A DNA stretch of 64,000 nucleotides. Source: Planctomycetota bacterium. GTDB lineage: Bacteria > Planctomycetota > SZUA-567 > H5-PLA8. The position numbers were made by a program, and so were the translations under genes. The notes under the pieces were generated by a model that worked only from the letters and a program-made list of their open reading frames with translations, had not been told where the DNA came from and did not search any database. The stretch covers positions 1 to 64,000 of the forward strand of contig JBBRPR010000045.1 in NCBI GenBank assembly GCA_038227875.1, given 5' to 3'. Positions 48,407-58,807 of the stretch are shown here, piece by piece (position 1 is the first letter of the stretch; each line of letters starts with the position of its first letter).

Positions 48407-50062
48407 TTAATGCTGCTGGAGCGCGGGGGCTTTGCTGGGATCGAAGACGCCGGGTCCGGAAGGCAGTGCGGCAGGTCCCGCGGGCGCTTGAGGCTTATCC
48501 GGCAGGGGAGTCTGCGGCGGGGCAATCTTTGCAGCTTCAGGCGGACCCTTGAACGCGGGTGTGGCTGAAATCGCCGGAGGTAGCGGAGCGATGGGGTTGA
48601 CCATGCGCACCGGGTTGCCGCTCTGCTCCGCTGTACCGGGGGCTCCAGGATAGATGGGAGCTCCGGTTTTTACCGTTGCCGCCGCGGCGGCGCGGTCGAG
48701 ACTGAACGTGCCTGCGTCGGCGAGGTTGTCGCCATTGGTAAAAAACTGAATCGTCATGGTGATGCTGGCGATCTTCGGAAAGCGCTGCAGTAGCGCCACC
48801 GTAACGGCGCGGACTTCCGTCTTGAAATTATCCTGCGCGGCGGATTGACTGAAAGCCATCGTGATTGTCGCGACGTTGCTGTCGTCATCGACGTGGACCG
48901 CGCGGACGCGTTCGTGCTTGGGTTCGCCGGGATACGACCCGAGGGTGAAATCAAGTAATTCGTGTTCCTTGGGCGAGAGTTCGCCGTAGAGCGACTTGAC
49001 GCGCTGCTTGATCGTCGCTTCGGCCTTGTAGGCAGTGCTGATGACGTCGGGATCCTTGCACACGCCCGACTCGATCCCCGACATCAGCGCGCTGACGCGT
49101 TGTTCAGCTTCGGAAATATTGCCTGATTCGGCCACCGCCTGAACATCCTTCGCCTGCTCCAGGGCCTGCGAGTCCTTGTGTGACAGCAGCGAGGTTTTGC
49201 AGAAGATCACCAGGCAGGCGACGATGCCGACAACCAGGCCCAGCGCGCCGAACACTTGAAGTGTCTTGTTGAATTTGTTCGACTGGCTTTCCTTGACGCA
49301 GCGGCCGCAGAGCGGCAGGCCATCGATCATCACGGCTTCGTTGCGAACGATGGCTTCCGGGTCGACACGGCAGTGACAGCGGTGGCAGACCCAGCCCATT
49401 TTCTGGCTGGATCGCGACCCGGGATGCGCGGGCGGGCCGACCGGCTTCTGCAGCGGCATGCGGCCGGAGACGCCAGGCGTCGGTACGGGCGTGAGCGTAA
49501 TCGCGGGATTTCCACGCGCCGGCGTGGCACGCGGCGAATACCCGGACGTGGGCTTGGACGAATCGTTGGAGAGAATCACCGGCTGCGGCGTAAAGCCGCT
49601 GGAGGATGCCGGCCGCGGATAGGCCGGAGACGTCCCCGATGGCGGCTTGACGGCTCCCGCAATGACGGTTGAGGACGGCTTGACGAATCCCGTGCCCGAC
49701 GGTGGCTTGATGTTCTGGCCCGGACCCGGATTGCTCCGAACCGCCGGAACGCGCTGTGTCGTGGCGTTGGACATGCGTGCGGAGATCGGCGGACCTTTGC
49801 CGTTGGTGCGCGCCGCCGCCGAGGCGGCATTCGGATTGTTCAATTGGGGCAGCTGAATGCCACGGTGCGGCGTGGAACGGGCCGACGGCCGCGAGCCGAG
49901 GCCCTTCATCAGCGGGCGGAATTCGTCGGGGATGTCCTCCGGCAATTCCGGGATATCGGGGAGATCTGGCAAGGAAACCTCATGCCTCGATGCTGCTGCC
50001 GGCCGGGGCGGTGGCCGGACTGGAGTCGCCGGAGGCGGCGTTTTGGTCGGACGATCGTGCAT
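48407..50062 (-). CDS. Pro-rich membrane-anchored hypothetical protein with CxxC...CxxC motif
   Basis: Long Pro-rich N-terminus, CHRC...LCGRC, single TM helix; directly downstream of the pilin cassette. Confidence 0.75.
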   Translation of the reverse strand: MHDRPTKTPPPATPVRPPPRPAAASRHEVSLPDLPDIPELPEDIPDEFRPLMKGLGSRPSARSTPHRGIQLPQLNNPNAASAAARTNGKGPPISARMSNATTQRVPAVRSNPGPGQNIKPPSGTGFVKPSSTVIAGAVKPPSGTSPAYPRPASSSGFTPQPVILSNDSSKPTSGYSPRATPARGNPAITLTPVPTPGVSGRMPLQKPVGPPAHPGSRSSQKMGWVCHRCHCRVDPEAIVRNEAVMIDGLPLCGRCVKESQSNKFNKTLQVFGALGLVVGIVACLVIFCKTSLLSHKDSQALEQAKDVQAVAESGNISEAEQRVSALMSGIESGVCKDPDVISTAYKAEATIKQRVKSLYGELSPKEHELLDFTLGSYPGEPKHERVRAVHVDDDSNVATITMAFSQSAAQDNFKTEVRAVTVALLQRFPKIASITMTIQFFTNGDNLADAGTFSLDRAAAAATVKTGAPIYPGAPGTAEQSGNPVRMVNPIAPLPPAISATPAFKGPPEAAKIAPPQTPLPDKPQAPAGPAALPSGPGVFDPSKAPALQQH

Positions 50063-50080
50063 GCCCCAACTCTCCGTGCA

Positions 50081-52855
50081 CTACAGCCCCTGGTTGATCG
50101 TCCACGTCCATCGCACCACCGCTCGTTTGCTCGTCTCCCGCCCCTTGTCCGACGCACTGGCCGTGTTCTGGATCTGATAGTACGCCTTCTCGTCGCCAGC
50201 CTTAACGCCGTGGTAGTCAGTCCACTCCGGCGCGACGGTCGGGACCGACGTCCCCGTGGAGCCGGGATAACTGCTGAGCGACTTGTCCGGCAAGGCCGGT
50301 TGATACCCCTGCTTTCCGGCAATCTGCGACGCGGTCTTCATGCCATAATCCATCGATCTCGGATCGCCTGCGGGCATCGTCTTCATCTTTCGAGGGCCAT
50401 TGCCGCGGTAGTAACCCAACCCCACGCGCTTGCCTTCGGCGATGCTCAGCTGATGCTTTGGATCCGATGTCGCTCCGCCGGTCGGCCAGCCTGTTCCGTC
50501 GTACGCGGAATCGGTTTCCACTTTCACGTCGGCAGCCAATTCCACGCAGGCCAGCGTCTGGTAATGGGTAAGAACCGTCGGCGTCGCCGGGGTCAATTTC
50601 GCGGACTTGGCGTCAACGATTTCGCTGGTGACGACCAGGTAATAGCACGGCGAGGTGACGGTCAGTTCCGTCGAGAACCAATCCGGACCGAAGGCCAGTT
50701 GGCGCCACGGCACGGTTCCCTGCTGATTGTAAGACATCAGATCGGGCGGAGCCTTCACAAGTGTGCTCGGCGCCGATGTCAACCCGGCATCGTTCAGCCG
50801 AATGTCCGTGCCTTTTTCATTGAACATGCTGTTGCCGGTGCCGGTGCTATAGAAGCCTTGGCGGTTGGTCTGTGAAAAACCATATTCGTCACGGCCGATC
50901 TGGTAGCAATACAATTCCCAGAGCGGATCGCGAACTGCATTCCCTGTTTGATCTCCCAGCTGCGAATCGACGCTGGGCGTGTAGGTGCCAAAGCCGTCGT
51001 TGCCGAACAAAAGGAAGTGCTCGGTGCCGCTGGCATCCTTCCACACTTTGCCGGGAATGATGTTATCAAAGATCGCGTTGGCCGTGCGCTTGTCCATCTT
51101 GCCCGGGATCACGTCCGGCGTGTCGCTGGGGTCAAAGTTGACGCACGGGTCGTCGCTGTCATACGGCGCCGGCGGAATGCGCGCGGCATCCTTGTACGCG
51201 AGCGTATAGCTGGCGCCGCTGCTGGGGTCCGTGCCGTAACTGGCATTGATCACCGCGGCGTTGCCCCAGGCGCGGTTGTTCTGCGTCATGGCCAGCAGAT
51301 CGTCGGCAATCCATTGTCGGAAGGTATCCACGCCGCAGGGAAAGCGCGTTTTCACATAGTAAGCGCTGTTGGGATAGATGTTCGACGGGCTGGTTCCGTC
51401 CGGCAACACCGCGTGCTTGACCTTGGTGGCCTCGGCAGGAGTCAGCGCGCCGTGCGGGCCAGCCTGGCTGGCAATGTACTCAAATGCCTGGTAGTAGGAT
51501 CGATTCTGTTCGAAACCGTTGCTTCCCGAAACGCTCTTCCGGAACAACCACTGCATGTTCCAATTTCCAGGAAAGCAGCCGTAGTTATTGCCATAGAGAG
51601 TCGGGTTATATTTCCCGCAGAAGTAGCGCACCATCATTTCCTGATAGCGATAAGCCAGCCGCAATTTCAACATCTCGGCCTTCTGCCATGCCGCATTGTT
51701 GCCTGCGCCCAGCGCATTCGGAGACTTCGGAGACGCAGGATCGGCCTGGGCGTCGTATTGAACGCCACCGTAATAGAAGCGCCGGACCTTGATGATGCGT
51801 GCAATGGATTCGAGATTGAAGACGCCTTCCAGCGGCCAGGTCCAGGTAAAATTCTCACCCGAGAACGGCATCTGGTTTCCGGAGATCTCGCAGGTGTTCA
51901 CGTTCAACGGGCTGCGGCCGGTGTCCGGATCGACGTGACCGGTAAGTGAGAAACTGGCCATGCCGCACTGATCCCACCACGGCTGGCCCCACCACCATCC
52001 CAGGTACTGGTCGTAGTAGGTCGTCTTCACACCCACATATTCGGGTCCGAACATGCCGGTCCACTGCGTGTTGGTCGTGATGTAATTGGGGGATGCGGAG
52101 GTGTAGTTGCCAGTGTACGACCAATTGTATTTGAAGTAACGGACCGTGCGCGAGGCCACCGACCACGCCTGAAAGTAGGGAATCGTACAGACCGCGCCGG
52201 AGCCGCCATTGTCCTGATGCGCGCGGTACTGTTCGAAGTAGTTCAAGCCCTGTCCACCCTGGATCATGTGAGCCATCTGGCACTGCGTCGGATTGCAGTC
52301 GTCGTTCCAATCGTTGATGTTGATGGCGGAATTGGCGTCGAGCACCTGAACAGCGAATCGGCCGGCGATGCTGCCATCCGGGAAATAATCGTCGGGCATG
52401 TACTTCCACTGTGCCGCGTTCTGACCCATGAACTGCTGATTGAACGTGCCGGTCATGCCCGTGTTGTAAAACGGGTTGATGTTGGTGTTGTTGTACGCGT
52501 TGTTGATGGTCTTGACGTCTGCGTCGTAAGGCGCGTACCACCACTGGCTCCCGTCTCCTTTCGGCGCCGCGCCCGTATCGGTGGCACAGCTGACGTACTT
52601 GGTCGGATCGAACAGTTTAGTCGCGGGATCAAAGAGGTATTTGCCCATGTTGCCCAGCGTCCAGTCCATCGCCGACTGCGCCAGATCAGCGGAATCCGCG
52701 CGGTCGCGGACGTGAGCCACGGAGGTCAGTTCGGTGCGCGTGAACGACAGAAATCCCACGATCACCACCAGCAGGACCGAGAGCAGCCCCACGATCAGCA
52801 GCAACAGAAATCCGCGCTTCTGACCACGCTCGCTTTTAACCACCGTACGTCCCAT
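50081..52855 (-). CDS. large GspK/PilX-like minor pilin with extended aromatic-rich C-terminal region
   Basis: KRG|FLLLLIVGLLSVLLVVIV lacking Glu5; D.NSAININ and LNVNT motifs resemble GspK. Confidence 0.7.
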   Translation of the reverse strand: MGRTVVKSERGQKRGFLLLLIVGLLSVLLVVIVGFLSFTRTELTSVAHVRDRADSADLAQSAMDWTLGNMGKYLFDPATKLFDPTKYVSCATDTGAAPKGDGSQWWYAPYDADVKTINNAYNNTNINPFYNTGMTGTFNQQFMGQNAAQWKYMPDDYFPDGSIAGRFAVQVLDANSAININDWNDDCNPTQCQMAHMIQGGQGLNYFEQYRAHQDNGGSGAVCTIPYFQAWSVASRTVRYFKYNWSYTGNYTSASPNYITTNTQWTGMFGPEYVGVKTTYYDQYLGWWWGQPWWDQCGMASFSLTGHVDPDTGRSPLNVNTCEISGNQMPFSGENFTWTWPLEGVFNLESIARIIKVRRFYYGGVQYDAQADPASPKSPNALGAGNNAAWQKAEMLKLRLAYRYQEMMVRYFCGKYNPTLYGNNYGCFPGNWNMQWLFRKSVSGSNGFEQNRSYYQAFEYIASQAGPHGALTPAEATKVKHAVLPDGTSPSNIYPNSAYYVKTRFPCGVDTFRQWIADDLLAMTQNNRAWGNAAVINASYGTDPSSGASYTLAYKDAARIPPAPYDSDDPCVNFDPSDTPDVIPGKMDKRTANAIFDNIIPGKVWKDASGTEHFLLFGNDGFGTYTPSVDSQLGDQTGNAVRDPLWELYCYQIGRDEYGFSQTNRQGFYSTGTGNSMFNEKGTDIRLNDAGLTSAPSTLVKAPPDLMSYNQQGTVPWRQLAFGPDWFSTELTVTSPCYYLVVTSEIVDAKSAKLTPATPTVLTHYQTLACVELAADVKVETDSAYDGTGWPTGGATSDPKHQLSIAEGKRVGLGYYRGNGPRKMKTMPAGDPRSMDYGMKTASQIAGKQGYQPALPDKSLSSYPGSTGTSVPTVAPEWTDYHGVKAGDEKAYYQIQNTASASDKGRETSKRAVVRWTWTINQGL

Positions 52856-52907
52856 GCTGCCTCCGATTTCGGTTACTGCCCACTGCCACTGCCTTCTGCC
52901 TGCTGAA

Positions 52908-53987
52908 TCAAAGTCCCGGCTCCAGCGACTTCAAATCCTTCTCGCGGTTGTACGGAGACGGAGTCAGGTAGGCCGGATCGGGCAGACCGCCCTTGTTCGC
53001 GACTACTCCGTCGCCCATCGCGATGGGAATCTGGACGACCCGGCAGAGCGTGACGCGCTTGCGCTTCTGGCGGTCGCAGACCGTGATCGTCATGCGGATC
53101 GCCTTGGGCGGCGGCGAGAAGTAAACCACCATGCTGTCGCTGACGTCGTAGAACTTGCCGTCGACTTCGTTCCAGTAGGCGCAGTTGAAATCGAGCACAT
53201 TCATGCCGCCGATGTGCATGCGCGTGTACTGATCGATCCAGTCCTTGAATTTGCGTTCGGTCTTGAGTTCGTTGCCGGGCTGGCCGCGGTAGGGCGGTTC
53301 GTTGTACCAATAAAGTGCAGAAAACGAGTCGTTGATCTCCGGCTCGTTATCGCGGGCTTGCAGGTAGATCGAAATTTCATTCTGCGAGACGTCGGCGAGA
53401 ATCTGCGGCCGGGTCAGCGCTGGTTCGGCATAGCTCACATTCTGACCGGAATCGTTCTGCGGCTGCGGGTAGGTCATGGTCGTGCGAATTGATTCGTACC
53501 AGGATTCGTGGAGCGTCGGCAGGTAGATCATCTGCGTGTTGTAGGCCAGCGGATGGGCGAGCGTGCCGTCGACCAGCGTGCTACGGTCGGCCGAGTTGGT
53601 ATTGGTGAATTGCGCACCCGGCTGCGGGCGCATCAGGTTGACCACGGCTGCTTCACGGCGGGAGAACAAGTACGGCGTCGGGTCCATCGCCAGCGGGTTG
53701 CCGGTCTGATCGGGCGTGAATGTATCAGTGTCCTTGTAAACCAGGTGCTTGATCGAGAAATGTTCGCCACGTTCGTTGGTCATCGCCTGGCGGATTTCCT
53801 GCTCCATCACGTCCAGGATGTTGCGGGCCGCTTCGTACGCGGAGAGTTTCTCTTCGATATTGCGAACCGTGTTGGTCGAGAGCCGGAAGATCGGCACGAC
53901 CAGCACCGTCAGCGACAGACAGATCGCCAGCACTGCGATCATTTCCGCCAGAGTAAATCCGCGTCGAACCCGCATCACCGCCCCCAT
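52908..53987 (-). CDS. prepilin-type N-terminal cleavage/methylation protein (GspJ/PilW-like)
   Basis: RRG|FTLAEMIAVLAI. Confidence 0.85.
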   Translation of the reverse strand: MGAVMRVRRGFTLAEMIAVLAICLSLTVLVVPIFRLSTNTVRNIEEKLSAYEAARNILDVMEQEIRQAMTNERGEHFSIKHLVYKDTDTFTPDQTGNPLAMDPTPYLFSRREAAVVNLMRPQPGAQFTNTNSADRSTLVDGTLAHPLAYNTQMIYLPTLHESWYESIRTTMTYPQPQNDSGQNVSYAEPALTRPQILADVSQNEISIYLQARDNEPEINDSFSALYWYNEPPYRGQPGNELKTERKFKDWIDQYTRMHIGGMNVLDFNCAYWNEVDGKFYDVSDSMVVYFSPPPKAIRMTITVCDRQKRKRVTLCRVVQIPIAMGDGVVANKGGLPDPAYLTPSPYNREKDLKSLEPGL

Positions 53988-54014
53988 TCCTGACTGCCTG
54001 CTGCCCAGCCTTCT

Positions 54015-54566
54015 CTACTTGCCGTACGAGTACATGTACTGCGTGTAGCGCATTTCGCGCTTCGACCCCTTCATCTGGATGACGATCGTGACCGGCGTAA
54101 CGCTCAGATCCGCGCCGGGGTTGGTCGTCGGGATGTAACCCTTTGCCGGGTCGACTGTGACGGATTTCTTGATGTCGTCCTGGTCGATCATCCACTGGTA
54201 GTGTTCGATGTCGTCGAAGTTCTCGTACACATCGCCGGGGCCGTGAGCGAAGTCGCGCCAGCCGCCGGGGGTGCCATTCTTGATTTCCTGGATGCGCGGA
54301 GGCGACGCTCCGCCGTCGACATACGGCGCGCCGTCGAGCAGATCCACGCGCGGATCGATGCGGTCGCGGCGGAATTCGGCGAACTTCGAGCGCGACAGAT
54401 GGATCGAAGCGTCCTGGAACATCACGTAATGCGCCGCATTGACGCCCGAGGGCAGCGCCGCCAGCACGCCCAGGATGCCGACGAGAAAAATGAACATCGC
54501 GATCATTACTTCGATCAGCGTCAGTCCGCGGGCGTGGCCGCGTGCCGTTTTCATGGTCGCTGGCAT
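54015..54566 (-). CDS. prepilin-type protein (GspI/PilV-like)
   Basis: ARG|LTLIEVMIAMFIFLVGILGV; TGATG overlap with upstream gene. Confidence 0.85.
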   Translation of the reverse strand: MPATMKTARGHARGLTLIEVMIAMFIFLVGILGVLAALPSGVNAAHYVMFQDASIHLSRSKFAEFRRDRIDPRVDLLDGAPYVDGGASPPRIQEIKNGTPGGWRDFAHGPGDVYENFDDIEHYQWMIDQDDIKKSVTVDPAKGYIPTTNPGADLSVTPVTIVIQMKGSKREMRYTQYMYSYGK

Positions 54567-55378
54567 CACAGGTTCCCCGGGTAGCTGTTGATCAGGTTGT
54601 TGATGTCCTTGAAATTGGTGATCTTCGTGCCGCCGATGTGCGTCAACTGATACGGCAGGATGCGCGGCCGCGTGGCCGACTGTGCACGGCCGACTTCGAC
54701 AATGAGGTGTTCGCCGCTGGCCTGATCGAAGATCAGCACATGATTGTACGCGTAATTGTTGTCGTTGCGCGCCGTGCCGCCAGTCTGGGCGTAGACGGTC
54801 TGATGGCGCTTGATTTCCCCGACCTGATCGCGGCGATAATTGGGGAAACTGAAGACGCAACTGAAACCCGGGCCCGACGCGTAGCGTTGAAAGTACCCCG
54901 AGATGATGCGCACGCCGGACGGCACCGTAATCTGACTCTTGAGCAGCATTTTTGTTGTAAAGATGAACGGATACCAACCGTCGCTACCGCCCGGATTACT
55001 CCACGGCAACGTAGCGTTGTAACCGGCGAATCCCGACGAGGAACCCAGCACGCCCCAGACTTCGATCGCGCCCGGAGGCGGCACAGGATTGGGCGTGTTC
55101 TGAAGTCCCAGGGTCTTCAAATCGTCGCCATAGAAGACCGCCGTATGCGTGCGCAGATTCTGCGCCTGCGAACGGGCCTGGAACATCGCCGCGTCCACGG
55201 CTTGCGCAGCCTGCTGAACCTTGGACGTATCGGCGAAGCGCGAGAACAACGGCACCGAGACGGTCATCAGCAGCGACATCACAAACAGAACCACGAGCAG
55301 TTCAATCAGCGTGAAGCCGCGCACGTTCGGATGCGAGTTCTGGTTTGAGACAAAAGCCGAGCGTTCAATTTCGTGCAT
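54566..55378 (-). CDS. prepilin-type protein (GspH/FimT-like)
   Basis: VRG|FTLIELLVVLFVM...FQARSQA. Confidence 0.85.
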   Translation of the reverse strand: MHEIERSAFVSNQNSHPNVRGFTLIELLVVLFVMSLLMTVSVPLFSRFADTSKVQQAAQAVDAAMFQARSQAQNLRTHTAVFYGDDLKTLGLQNTPNPVPPPGAIEVWGVLGSSSGFAGYNATLPWSNPGGSDGWYPFIFTTKMLLKSQITVPSGVRIISGYFQRYASGPGFSCVFSFPNYRRDQVGEIKRHQTVYAQTGGTARNDNNYAYNHVLIFDQASGEHLIVEVGRAQSATRPRILPYQLTHIGGTKITNFKDINNLINSYPGNL

Positions 55379-55389
55379 GGTCGGGCACC

Positions 55390-55971
55390 TTACTTTCCGA
55401 GGATGATGTCGTCGTTGGTTCCATTGTCATCGATCCGATTCGGACCGTACGAATAGATGAACGGCAGGTAAATGGTTTCACTCTTGGCGGCATCCCAGAC
55501 ATCTTTTTGAACTTGAGTCTTCACCACGTACTTCACCGGCGTCCGCCACGCATCCATGACGCTCATCTTGCCGCTCGCGGTCAGGTCCATCAGTTCGGAC
55601 GGCTGGTAGGTGATGAACGGCCCGGCATTGACGGTCGAAAGAATTTCACCGTTGGCGACGACTGGATTTCGGCGGAAGGCGTTGGTGAGAAAATAAACCA
55701 GCGCCTGCGAACCGACATATCCGCTGTAATTGTCCGGCGGATAGTTGCGGAACGCGATGCGGTACTGCTCAATCGCGTTGTACGTGCTCTCAATTAACTT
55801 CTTCGTGGCGGCGCGGCGCGCGCGTTCGCGCATCGGACCGGCGTAGGCGAAAAGCAGTCCGGCCAGAAGCACAATAATGCCAACCACGACGATGGTCTCA
55901 AGCAGCGTGAAACCCCGCGAATGTGATGATTGCGCACGAGGGCGTCGCGTGTTGAAGATCGGTACAAGCAT
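55390..55971 (-). CDS. prepilin-type protein (GspG-like)
   Basis: SRG|FTLLETIVV; AIEQY...YP, DAWRTP, YSYGPN.IDD.G.NDDI. Confidence 0.88.
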   Translation of the reverse strand: MLVPIFNTRRPRAQSSHSRGFTLLETIVVVGIIVLLAGLLFAYAGPMRERARRAATKKLIESTYNAIEQYRIAFRNYPPDNYSGYVGSQALVYFLTNAFRRNPVVANGEILSTVNAGPFITYQPSELMDLTASGKMSVMDAWRTPVKYVVKTQVQKDVWDAAKSETIYLPFIYSYGPNRIDDNGTNDDIILGK

Positions 55972-56414
55972 CTCGCGTTTTCCCCCGGGTACTACACGCC
56001 AGAATCAGAGTGCCGCAATGAGTCACAACGGTAAGCATATTGCTGACCATTAAGCATTATGAGCACGGCTTTTAAACAGTATGACGCGTCTGCACAGTGC
56101 ATCCCCACGCTGCCATTGTGTTCAGATAGGCCGCCACAAGAATAGCAAGAATGATTATAAACATGTGTTTTTTGACGATTCGAACAAGATCATGAGCAGC
56201 ACGTGTGCGCGGCCATTTTCTGGCAGTTCACTATGTCGTAAAATCCGCTCCACTTACATGAATTGGCACTTTTTGCTGCGGTCAAAAATAACATCTCTTT
56301 CATCACTGCGCCTATTCCTAACGAGTGCACTCCCGGTTTATGATGAGTGCCTGTGACCTCTTGCGTACTTTTGAACTGTTCAATTTCCATCAACGCCTTT
56401 GGAGCACTACCACA

Positions 56415-57371
56415 ATGATTCGAGTCGGAGTGATCGGAGCTGGACCCAACGGCACAGGCAACGCCGCGGGACTCGCCAAATTCACGGACCGCTGCCGCAT
56501 CACTGCAGTCGCCGATCCGGTTCCCGCCGCCGCCGAAAAACTCGCCGCCATTTACGGCGCGAAGACCTTCGCCTCGCCCGCGCAACTGGCCGGAGAAGTT
56601 GACGCCGTTGTGATCTCGTCACCGAACTTCATGCACCGCGAACACGCCCTGGCGATGGCGGCCGCCGGCAAGCATCTCTTCATTGAAAAGCCGATGGCGT
56701 TGAATCTCGCCGATGCCGACGCGATTGTTGCCGCCGTTGAAAAAGCAAAAGTTCATTCGCTGATCGGGTTTTCCGTGCGCTTCGGCGGGCTTCCCGTGCA
56801 GATGAAGAAAATGTATCAGGCCGGCGATCTCGGCGACTTCGTCAGCCTCTGGTCGCGGCGCTTGTGTGCGCTCAACGTCCCCGCCGGAAACTGGCGCGCG
56901 CAGTATGAAAAATCCGGTGGTGTGATGGCCGAACTGATCACGCACGAAATCGATTTCGCGGTCAACATCGTCGGCATGCCCAGCACCGTCTACTGCCGCA
57001 AGCTCAGCACGCTCAACGATCATCCGAAGGCCAACGATCACATCTGGCTGACGATGGGCTACAAAAACGGCGCGACGTGTACGATTGAAGGGAGCCAGAT
57101 TGCAACCGTCGCCGATTACTACAAAGGCATGACCGGCACCAAAGGCGGACTGCATTCACGAAATTGGCAGAGCGAACTGTACTTCGGCAAAACGCAGAGT
57201 GAAGCCGAGCGCGTCACGCTCCCGGCCGACATCGACAAGCACCGTCATTTCCTGGACGTGCTCGCCGGCGAATGCCCCAGCGTCGCCGACGCCAAATATG
57301 GCCGCGACATCACGCTGATCTGCGAGAAAGCGCTGGAGAGCGGCGCGACAGGTCTGGCGCAAACGCTGTAG
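56415..57371 (+). CDS. Gfo/Idh/MocA family oxidoreductase
   Basis: RVGVIGAG, SPNFMH, FIEKPMA, GG...ELITHEID. Confidence 0.93.
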   Translation: MIRVGVIGAGPNGTGNAAGLAKFTDRCRITAVADPVPAAAEKLAAIYGAKTFASPAQLAGEVDAVVISSPNFMHREHALAMAAAGKHLFIEKPMALNLADADAIVAAVEKAKVHSLIGFSVRFGGLPVQMKKMYQAGDLGDFVSLWSRRLCALNVPAGNWRAQYEKSGGVMAELITHEIDFAVNIVGMPSTVYCRKLSTLNDHPKANDHIWLTMGYKNGATCTIEGSQIATVADYYKGMTGTKGGLHSRNWQSELYFGKTQSEAERVTLPADIDKHRHFLDVLAGECPSVADAKYGRDITLICEKALESGATGLAQTL

Positions 57372-57436
57372 CTTCGCATTGTTCGGTCGACGGAACGCGC
57401 GGGGCAAATAAGAATTCAAAATTGTCCGTCGCCACC

Positions 57437-57474
57437 CAATAAAAATCCCCCGATCACTCGGGGGATTTTTATTG
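57437..57474. terminator. bidirectional intrinsic terminator
   Basis: CAATAAAAATCCCCCGA-TCAC-TCGGGGGATTTTTATTG between convergent genes. Confidence 0.85.
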
Positions 57475-57500
57475 AGACAGTTCAATTCATCGTTCTGAAT

Positions 57501-58064
57501 TTACTTCGCGCCCTTGCCGGTCATCATGTACTTCTCCGACAGCTTGGCCAGCGTGTCGGGACTGACCGCGATCCAGCCATTAAGTTCCTTCGGGATGACG
57601 TTGTCGGAGGCGAGCTTGGCCAGACCCACGTCTTTCTTGGTCGAGCTGCTTTCGACTTCCGGCTGCGTGTTGGGCAGCGCGATCCAGTTGCTCATGTCTT
57701 CGGGAATGCGCGCGCCGGCGTTGAGAACGTAGAGCTCCGAAGCGTTGTCGGCGGGAGCTTCAACCTTGATGCCGCTCATCTTCGCGAACAGGCCCGGCTT
57801 CAACGCCACCCAGCCGCTGATGTCGCTGGAGACGATGTTGTGCGTGGCCAGCACGGCATAGGAGAAGCCGAGGTTCTTGTCTTCGACCACCTTGGGCTGC
57901 GCGCCAGGGACGGCCACCCAGCCAACCAGGTTCGACGGCACCTTCTTGCCGCCGCGCAGGTAGACGTGGCCGTACTTCGGATTGTTGTTGTCGGCGTCGC
58001 AGCCGGTCAGGACGACAGCCACCAGCGCGACGGCAAAGAACGGAACGACGATCGATCGTTTCAT
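57501..58064 (-). CDS. lipoprotein with four internal (G/N)W(V/I)A(V/L) repeats
   Basis: Lipobox VLTGC; GWVAV, GWVAL, NWIAL, GWIAV. Confidence 0.8.
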   Translation of the reverse strand: MKRSIVVPFFAVALVAVVLTGCDADNNNPKYGHVYLRGGKKVPSNLVGWVAVPGAQPKVVEDKNLGFSYAVLATHNIVSSDISGWVALKPGLFAKMSGIKVEAPADNASELYVLNAGARIPEDMSNWIALPNTQPEVESSSTKKDVGLAKLASDNVIPKELNGWIAVSPDTLAKLSEKYMMTGKGAK

Positions 58065-58807
58065 TATTTCTTATCCTCCACGTCCACGTCTTCGAGACGG
58101 GTCAAAAGATTTTTGAGATCGGTTTGCCGGGCGGCTTCGGCAGCTTCACGGGCGCGGGCAGCCAGCACGCGCAACTGGAACATTCGGGCGCGTTCGCTCA
58201 GGTCGGCCAGGTCTTTCTCGGTCACGTCGGCCTTGCTGCGAACGGCAGTGAGGTCACCCTTCAGGACTTTGTATTCTTCCTTCAAGCCGGCGGTGTCGGT
58301 CTTGAGCAACAGCACGTCCTGCGCGACTTCGTCGAGCTTCTTGAGCTTCTCGTCGATGTAGTGGACTTTGTCTTCGACCTTCTTGAGGTTGGTGGAGGTG
58401 GTCTGGATGTCCTGGTTCTGACCCTTGTCGAGATCCTTCTGCGTGTCGACGAACTTCGAATAGTCGTTGCGGAAGGTCTTGTAGTTCTCGTCCATCTTGC
58501 CGAACTCGGTGACCATCTTCGCGCGTTCTTCGTCGAGCTGCTTGGCCTTGGCCGTCAGCGCCGTGACGTCCTTCTGCAGGTCGTCATGAGCCTTCTTGAC
58601 TTCACCGATATCCTTGGTGAGTTTGTCGTTCTGCTCTTTCAGCGCCGCGTTGAAATCGGTGCGCGTGTTGCCGTTGATGATGGCCAGAATCGCATACGAG
58701 ATTCCGATTGAAAGAATGAGCGCTACAACGATGACGGGCAGCGAAAAACTGATCTTCTCGCCGAACGTCTGCGGAAGCCTGGGGCCGCCGCCAGCTAGGT
58801 CTGCCAT
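58064..58807 (-). CDS. single-TM long coiled-coil protein
   Basis: TM LPVIVVALILSIGISYAILAII followed by a heptad-rich K/E/D/L region; stop overlaps next start. Confidence 0.8.
   Translation of the reverse strand: MADLAGGGPRLPQTFGEKISFSLPVIVVALILSIGISYAILAIINGNTRTDFNAALKEQNDKLTKDIGEVKKAHDDLQKDVTALTAKAKQLDEERAKMVTEFGKMDENYKTFRNDYSKFVDTQKDLDKGQNQDIQTTSTNLKKVEDKVHYIDEKLKKLDEVAQDVLLLKTDTAGLKEEYKVLKGDLTAVRSKADVTEKDLADLSERARMFQLRVLAARAREAAEAARQTDLKNLLTRLEDVDVEDKK

Noticed and set aside
55972..56414. AT-rich region with short ORFs, possible ncRNA
   Set aside because: No convincing coding motif or RNA structure; most simply a divergent promoter region.
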